40,000 nucleotides of DNA from an uncultured Candidatus Peribacteria bacterium (GTDB lineage: Bacteria > Patescibacteriota > Gracilibacteria > GCA-2401425): the NCBI GenBank assembly GCA_964466055.1, contig CAYXLW010000008.1, positions 820 to 40,819 of the forward strand, given 5' to 3'. The notes beneath the pieces are model-generated. The model did no database searches. It saw only the letters and a list, made by a program, of their open reading frames with translations, and was not told the DNA's origin. Shown in pieces: positions 34,866-40,000 of this stretch. Both the position numbers and the translations under genes were made by a program. The first letter of the stretch is position 1; each line of letters begins with the position of its first letter.

Positions 34866-35663
34866 ATGACAGGAAAATTGATGCGCATGAAACGTATTTT
34901 TGATCAAAGCACAAAAAAAACGGTAATTATTCCTATGGATCATGGGGTTACAGTTGGTCCAATTGATGGACTCTTAGATCTGTCCAAAATGGTTAATGAT
35001 GTATCAGAAGGAGGAGCAAATGCTGTATTAGGGCATATGGGGCTACCTTTGTATGGATATAAAAATATTGAAAAGAATATCGGATTAATTCTTCATTTAT
35101 CAGCATCTACAATAGTTAATCCTACAGATCCAAATGATAAAGTTCTTGTAAACACAGTAGAAAGAGCGATAAAAATGGGTGCTGATGCAGTTTCTCTTCA
35201 TATAAACATAGGATCAAAAACAGAATCGGAACAATTAGAAATTTTGGGAATGATAGCAGGAGACTGTATGGAATGGGGGATGCCACTTCTTGCAATGATG
35301 TACCCTAGGGGTGAAGGTTTAACTGATGGAGAAACATCTCCTGCGATGGTAAAATTGGCAGCTCGTATTGGAGCTGAACTTGGTGCAGATATAATTAAAA
35401 CATATTATACAGGTGATCCTGATACTATGAAAGAAGTTGTAGAAGGTTGTCCTGTTCCAGTTGTTATTGCAGGTGGGTCAAAGCTTGGAGATGAAGAGAC
35501 TTTAAAAATGATAAAAGGTGCAATGGATGCAGGATGTGCAGGAATTTCTATAGGAAGAAATGTGTTTCAACACAAAACTCCTGCAAAATTTGTTAAGGCA
35601 TCTTCATCCATTGTCCACAAAAATGCTTCAATTAAGGATGCGTTGAAAATTTTAAATTCATAG
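34866..35663 (+). CDS. DhnA-type class I aldolase family (fructose-bisphosphate aldolase / 2-amino-3,7-dideoxy-D-threo-hept-6-ulosonate synthase-like)
   Basis: Contains GKLMRMKRIF......VIIPMDHGVTVGPIDGL, GANAVLGH, ADIIKTYYTG (Schiff-base Lys context) and ISIGRNVFQ. Confidence 0.7.
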   Translation: MTGKLMRMKRIFDQSTKKTVIIPMDHGVTVGPIDGLLDLSKMVNDVSEGGANAVLGHMGLPLYGYKNIEKNIGLILHLSASTIVNPTDPNDKVLVNTVERAIKMGADAVSLHINIGSKTESEQLEILGMIAGDCMEWGMPLLAMMYPRGEGLTDGETSPAMVKLAARIGAELGADIIKTYYTGDPDTMKEVVEGCPVPVVIAGGSKLGDEETLKMIKGAMDAGCAGISIGRNVFQHKTPAKFVKASSSIVHKNASIKDALKILNS

Positions 35664-35678
35664 AATTTTAATTTTTAA

Positions 35679-35706
35679 TTGATTTTTGCTCTAAAGTTCT
35701 TATAAT
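35679..35706 (+). promoter_or_regulatory. Candidate promoter for secE-nusG (TTGATT-N16-TATAAT)
   Basis: The -35 lies at 35679-35684 and a consensus -10 TATAAT at 35701-35706, about 50 nt upstream of the secE ATG. Confidence 0.45.
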
Positions 35707-35756
35707 CCGAGCTACTTGAGTAGTGATTTTTTGATTTTAATGATTAATTTAATACC

Positions 35757-35927
35757 ATGAATAAATTTTTCCAAGACGCTCTTCACGAATTATCACAAAT
35801 TACATGGCTTACAAAGGATCAAGCTATTAAGTACTCAATAATAACTGTCATATTTGTTTTTGTTTCTGCGGTTTTTTTGTGGGGGATAGATACAATATTT
35901 ACCGAAATTTATAAACTTATATACTAA
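35757..35927 (+). CDS. secE: Preprotein translocase subunit SecE (56 aa; below the ORF-track size cutoff)
   Basis: Translates to MNKFFQDALHELSQITWLTKDQAIKYSIITVIFVFVSAVFLWGIDTIFTEIYKLIY*, with a single TM. It sits in the conserved position immediately upstream of nusG. Confidence 0.75.
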   Translation: MNKFFQDALHELSQITWLTKDQAIKYSIITVIFVFVSAVFLWGIDTIFTEIYKLIY

Positions 35928-35947
35928 AAAATTAATCAAAAATTTTT

Positions 35948-36496
35948 ATGCCAAGGCAAGATCCAAAACAAGGAAGGAACTGGTATGTGCTTCATACATA
36001 TGCAGGATATGAAGATGCAGTAGAAAAAGATTTAAGACAAAGAATTGAATCAATGGGGATGCAAGATCAAATTTTTGATGTTTTGGTTCCAAAAGAAACA
36101 CAGTATTCTGTTAAAAAAGGAGAAACGATTGAGGAAAAGAAAAAACTTTTTCCAGGATATGTTCTTGTAGAAATGATTGTAACAGAAGAGTCGTGGTATG
36201 TTGTTCGAAACACTCCAAATGTTACAGGATTTGTTGGAGCTGAAAATATCCCTGTTCCCGTAAGCCCTGAAGAATTTGGAGTTATTCAAAGACGAACCAG
36301 TAGTGATAAGGGTGTATATAAAAGTGATTTTCAAAAAGGAGACTTGGTTCAAATTATTGATGGACCATTTACAGGGTATAAGGGTGTTGTAAAGGATGTT
36401 GATACAAATAAAGGAAAGCTTAAGGTTCTTGTGAATGTATTTGAAAGAGAAACGCCTGTGGAGCTAGAATTTAGTCAAGTTAAAAAATCAGATTAA
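35948..36496 (+). CDS. nusG: Transcription termination/antitermination factor NusG
   Basis: Contains NWYVLHTYAGYEDAV, FPGYVLVEM and the KOW motif GDLVQIIDGPFTGYKGVV. Confidence 0.9.
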   Translation: MPRQDPKQGRNWYVLHTYAGYEDAVEKDLRQRIESMGMQDQIFDVLVPKETQYSVKKGETIEEKKKLFPGYVLVEMIVTEESWYVVRNTPNVTGFVGAENIPVPVSPEEFGVIQRRTSSDKGVYKSDFQKGDLVQIIDGPFTGYKGVVKDVDTNKGKLKVLVNVFERETPVELEFSQVKKSD

Positions 36497-36520
36497 ATAA
36501 CTTCAAATTTTCTAATTGAT

Positions 36521-37081
36521 ATGTCTAAAAAAACTATATTCATAGGATTAGTTCTTGTAGCGATTGTTTTTATTGCAGGCGATTTTTTTCTTAATAATTA
36601 CAAAAGATTCCTCATAAATTTTTTAGAAGATCAATCTCAAGATGAAGAAACTGATTCTTTAGTTCTCTATGAAGTTTTAAAAGATAAAGTTCCAGAAAAT
36701 GTTGTTATTGGTGAAAGTACGCCTACATCTACTTTATTTTCTCGTTTAGATATATCTATGCTAGGGTTAAGAGTTGCTACTCAAACACCAATTATGGATG
36801 AAATTATGAAATTTGGAGTTATATATGAGCTTTCAGGTGGAGAAGCATTATATTTTCAACTAAAATCAGCATTGGAACTTGTCTTAGAAGAAGACGATAG
36901 CGTTTTTGATGCAAACAACCTTGGAGAGTATGCACTTTATTATAATGACGCGAAAAGACCAGATGATGTTTTTTTATTAAGTCTAATACAAGGTAGAGTA
37001 TGGGGATTTGAATATCCTAAGAAAAATCATGAAATTTTTAAAAAATTAACAAAATCACTTGTAGAAGAAAGTCACTTATGA
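36521..37081 (+). CDS. Membrane-anchored hypothetical protein inserted between nusG and rplK
   Basis: A 186-aa ORF with an N-terminal TM (IFIGLVLVAIVFIAG) and no recognisable motif. Confidence 0.45.
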   Translation: MSKKTIFIGLVLVAIVFIAGDFFLNNYKRFLINFLEDQSQDEETDSLVLYEVLKDKVPENVVIGESTPTSTLFSRLDISMLGLRVATQTPIMDEIMKFGVIYELSGGEALYFQLKSALELVLEEDDSVFDANNLGEYALYYNDAKRPDDVFLLSLIQGRVWGFEYPKKNHEIFKKLTKSLVEESHL

Positions 37082-37126
37082 TAGGATCTGCACCCGTTAA
37101 ACTTATATATAAAATATTTAAATAAA

Positions 37127-37561
37127 ATGGCAAAAAAAACAATTGTAAAACGGATAAAAGTTGTTATTAATGGAGCAACTGCCTCGCCAGCACCTCCACT
37201 TGGACCTGCATTGGGTCAGGCTGGTATTCCTATTAACGATTTTGTAAAGGTTTTTAATAGTAAAACCGAAGACAAAAAAGGGTTGCCACTACCAACTCAG
37301 ATTATTGTATATAGTGATAAATCCTTTGATATTATCACAAAAGAGCCTAGTGCACGGTATCTTATTATGAGAAAAATTAATTTAAAAAAAGGTTCAGGAG
37401 AACCACATATTAATAAGGTTAGCTCTATTTCAAAAACTCAACTTTTAGAGGTTTATGAAGAGAAAAAAATAGATTTAAATGCTAACGACCCTGAAGCTGG
37501 TTGTAAAATTTTAGCAGGAACTTGTAGAGCAATGGGAGTAACCGTTGATTGGAATAAATAA
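37127..37561 (+). CDS. rplK: 50S ribosomal protein L11
   Basis: Contains INGATASPAPPLGPALGQAGIPINDFVKVFN. Confidence 0.9.
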   Translation: MAKKTIVKRIKVVINGATASPAPPLGPALGQAGIPINDFVKVFNSKTEDKKGLPLPTQIIVYSDKSFDIITKEPSARYLIMRKINLKKGSGEPHINKVSSISKTQLLEVYEEKKIDLNANDPEAGCKILAGTCRAMGVTVDWNK

Positions 37562-37588
37562 AAAATATCTTCATACTTTTTAACATTT

Positions 37589-37618
37589 AAGAACTAGTTT
37601 TTGCTAGTTCTTTTTGTT
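37589..37618 (+). terminator. Rho-independent terminator after rplK
   Basis: AAGAACTAG (37589-37597) pairs with CTAGTTCTT (37604-37612) around a 6-nt loop, followed by a T-run. Confidence 0.7.
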
Positions 37619-37705
37619 TATTAATTAATTGTATCTCAGTATCTTACGATGATAAATAAAAAAATCAGAACGAGAAACAATCTGCTTAGAAATATCAAAT
37701 ACTGA

Positions 37706-38815
37706 TTATATTTTTTTAAAACACCTTTTCCTAAATATAAATGCTCCTGCTAATGATAATATACCAGCAATAAAGAAAATTATTTCAGGTCCACTTTGTG
37801 CAAGTTTAGTGTTGCCTTCATAGTAAACATGCTGAAGAACAAAATTGTCTTTAGTTCCTGCTATTTCAATTTTTATTTCTTTTCCAATTACATTGCGAAG
37901 GTCTCTTTGTGTGTCAATTTTTATTTTCTCTCCACCTTCGAGTTCTAGCCAAAATCCAAAAGGATAACCAGTGCTTCTTTTTGGTGTTCCTGGTCGTAAA
38001 ATACCTGAAATTAAATTTGGATTAACCTTTTGTTTTACAGGGACTATATTTGTAGTTCCATGAATACCTGTATATAAGTCCGGTTCTTCATTTAAAGGAT
38101 CTTTTAATTCATTTGAGTAATCAAAAGAAGGCTGACTTACAGTATCATAAGTATGAGTATTTTCTTTAAATATATCATTAGTGGTATCTGCGTCTTCTTT
38201 TGGACTTGCTACTCCATGCGTTATTTCTTCAAAAGGGTTAGAGTTATTTGTTGTATCCTGTTCAAAATTAGTAGTTTTTTCAATCATTGGAATATCAGAA
38301 ACTAATATGTTTTCTTCAATTTCTGGGATATCAAATGTTTGATCTGTTTTAATGCTTAAGAAAGGATTAATTTCTTCAGCTTTATCCACAGGTTTTGGTG
38401 ACTTTATAAGTAGTGACTCTGTGTTTTGATCTGGTTCTTCTGCTGTATTATCAATATTGATATCTGGGGGGAGTGAGAATGGACTTTTATCAGGAGTAAT
38501 AAGAGGAGTGACTTCTACCTCCGTAGCTTCATTCTGAGTATCTGAATCAAAAGCTAAAAATGGGTTTTCATCAGAGGGAGCCTCTTCATTATTGCCTACA
38601 TTTGGAAGTGAAAATACATCAGCTTTATACGTTCCCGATCCAGGTTCCATAAAAACACTAATACTCAAAAGCATTAGTCCAATAGCTGCAAATCCAACAG
38701 CAAACTTATGTCCTTTCCAAAAACTTGTAGGAGATGAGCTACTATGCATTACTTGGTTTACTTGGCTATTTGCTTCTTGAATGTGTTCATCAATAGTTGT
38801 CCACGTATTTTTCAT
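37706..38815 (-). CDS. Surface/envelope protein with an N-terminal TM, an acidic low-complexity region and a C-terminal SGP-TM-basic tail
   Basis: The TM is FAVGFAAIGLMLLSISVF. A long D/E/N/T/P-rich region follows. The C-terminus reads ..KLAQSGPEIIFFIAGILSLAGAFIFRKRCFKKI. Confidence 0.5.
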   Translation of the reverse strand: MKNTWTTIDEHIQEANSQVNQVMHSSSSPTSFWKGHKFAVGFAAIGLMLLSISVFMEPGSGTYKADVFSLPNVGNNEEAPSDENPFLAFDSDTQNEATEVEVTPLITPDKSPFSLPPDINIDNTAEEPDQNTESLLIKSPKPVDKAEEINPFLSIKTDQTFDIPEIEENILVSDIPMIEKTTNFEQDTTNNSNPFEEITHGVASPKEDADTTNDIFKENTHTYDTVSQPSFDYSNELKDPLNEEPDLYTGIHGTTNIVPVKQKVNPNLISGILRPGTPKRSTGYPFGFWLELEGGEKIKIDTQRDLRNVIGKEIKIEIAGTKDNFVLQHVYYEGNTKLAQSGPEIIFFIAGILSLAGAFIFRKRCFKKI

Positions 38816-38866
38816 GATTTTTTAATTAATTTTTATTTTTGTTTTTTTTATTATCTTAATATTTTA

Positions 38867-39859
38867 TCAAATTTTTTGTCTATTAGCAAATATAAATGCT
38901 GTTATTCCCGATATTATTAATACAAATAATATGGATTTTGCTGGTCCAGAATCAACATGTTTTTTTGTTTTATTAAGAGTTTCTTGCGATTTAGTTATAG
39001 CCAAAGGAGAACTTGAAGAGTCTGGATATCCAATTTTAATACGTACTTCATCTGAATAATCGCTTTCTTTGTTTATATTATCATATGCAGTAATTGCAAA
39101 ATAATAATATTCTCCAGTTTTTAGTCCTTCCAAGTAATATTCTGATACATTTCCAACAGCTCTTCTTTGAAGATATCTCCCCGAAGTATTTGAGTAATAT
39201 ACATTATATCCTTTTACATTTTTGTCATTCTCCCATGCGAGTACAGCATACTCGGGACCTGATGTTATTCGTAAATCTGATGGTCTTTTAATTATATCCT
39301 TAGTTAGTTCTTCATCCTCATCTTTAACATTAGTTTTATTTATAACAGAAGAACCATCTCCATCTATAATTAAAGAAGCAGGATTTTCTTTTAAAATATT
39401 AACAGGAAATCCATCATCAAATACTCTTATCGAAGTATTTCCCGAACTATCTAATTTAAAATTATAAAAAAACACTTCAGTCTTTTTAGAAGAAATTCTT
39501 TCAAATGATATCTTTGCAACAAAAATTTCATTATCTTTAGTTCCTCCAGACATTGAGGATCTTCCGATTTTCACCACTCCCTTTTCTGCGTCGAAAGTAT
39601 TTTCTCCTGGTGCAATAAAATCAAAGGGACTTAAATTGGCATCTATGCTAATTCCTTTTAATACATTTGGATCATATTTTAACCAAGATTGTACGGATGT
39701 AATTGATTGAGATGAAGGATTTTGTATGTAAACAGAAACTGTTACATTATTTTCTGAAGTATTCTCTTGTTTTAATTCTAAGCTTGCGTCGGAAGTTACA
39801 GCAAATACTTGTGATGTAAATAAGCAAATAGTTAGCAATGTGAAGATTATTTTTTTCAT
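38867..39859 (-). CDS. Secreted cohesin-like plus fibronectin type III domain protein with a C-terminal SGP-TM-basic tail
   Basis: The signal peptide is MKKIIFTLLTICLFTSQVFA, so I prefer the start at 39859. The cohesin-like region reads VSVYIQN...LKYDPNVL...VAKISF. The FN3 region reads PSDLRITSGPEYAVLAWE..GYNVYY...YYYFAITAYD. The C-terminus reads ..HVDSGPAKSILFVLIISGITAFIFANRQKI. Confidence 0.6.
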   Translation of the reverse strand: MKKIIFTLLTICLFTSQVFAVTSDASLELKQENTSENNVTVSVYIQNPSSQSITSVQSWLKYDPNVLKGISIDANLSPFDFIAPGENTFDAEKGVVKIGRSSMSGGTKDNEIFVAKISFERISSKKTEVFFYNFKLDSSGNTSIRVFDDGFPVNILKENPASLIIDGDGSSVINKTNVKDEDEELTKDIIKRPSDLRITSGPEYAVLAWENDKNVKGYNVYYSNTSGRYLQRRAVGNVSEYYLEGLKTGEYYYFAITAYDNINKESDYSDEVRIKIGYPDSSSSPLAITKSQETLNKTKKHVDSGPAKSILFVLIISGITAFIFANRQKI

Positions 39860-40000
39860 TTTTGATTTTTGATTTAGTTTTTTATTTTTATCAAGCTTAA
39901 TTAATAATAATTCCTTCAAAATTTTTCAACATATTTTTTTCTTCTTCTCCAAAAACAGCACAATGACTATCTGAATTGTCATTATAATCATAACAAGTTA

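Noticed and set aside
36050-36352. Antisense ORF inside nusG. The same applies to 38592-38780, 39094-39291 and 39222-39467 inside the surface-protein genes, and to 18805-19512 inside the YibE/F gene.
   Set aside because: Each is fully embedded in a better-supported gene and lacks any motif.
39860-39919. The upstream start (MKELLLIKLDKNKK..) for the cohesin/FN3 protein.
   Set aside because: A canonical signal peptide begins at the internal MKKIIFTLL (ATG at 39859). The 20-aa extension is Lys/Leu-rich and is likely non-coding.
39897-39998. A possible 3' end of a further minus-strand gene running off the window (..CAVFGEEEKNMLKNFEGIIIN*).
   Set aside because: Only about 33 codons are visible and no motif is present, so it cannot be supported from this window alone.

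Overview
AT-rich, gene-dense bacterial window read with the standard genetic code: TGA closes several recognisable genes and the long ORFs contain no in-frame TGA. The gene content suggests a small-genome, possibly Patescibacteria/CPR-like organism, but this is inference only. That content includes a DUF721 protein, a short MurE, a TrbC/VirB2-like pilin, a cohesin+FN3 surface protein, and rplK without rplA. Housekeeping blocks are murE-rbfA-ruvX, lemA-htpX-obg, gatC, xth-nnrD and secE-nusG-rplK. Three accessory zones interrupt them. Zone 1 (1-6.9 kb) is a Type III restriction-modification operon (mod, res) plus a DUF4145-like HEPN gene. Two directly repeated ~95-nt imperfect hairpins with compensatory stem changes bracket it, and it also carries internal ~75-bp inverted repeats. 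It lies on the 3' side of tRNA-Gln. This is my lead candidate for a mobile cassette with an attC-like or other hairpin-recombination boundary. Zone 2 (14.2-20.1 kb) is a decayed island next to tRNA-Glu, bounded by copies of a mosaic repeat family that also follows tRNA-Gln. It holds an IS630 transposase remnant, a lone Dit1/PvcA-like (isonitrile-synthase family) gene, a truncated gene, a frameshifted nucleotidyltransferase, and a DUF5320-DUF134-cupin-YibE/F operon. Zone 3 (25.2-29.6 kb) holds a relE-type toxin-antitoxin pair with a third gene and a disrupted sodium:solute symporter. It also holds an orphan GHKL/HATPase gene flanked by 178-bp direct repeats whose divergence is almost all synonymous. 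No rRNA genes or CRISPR arrays were seen. All product calls rest on motif recognition by eye, not on database searches.
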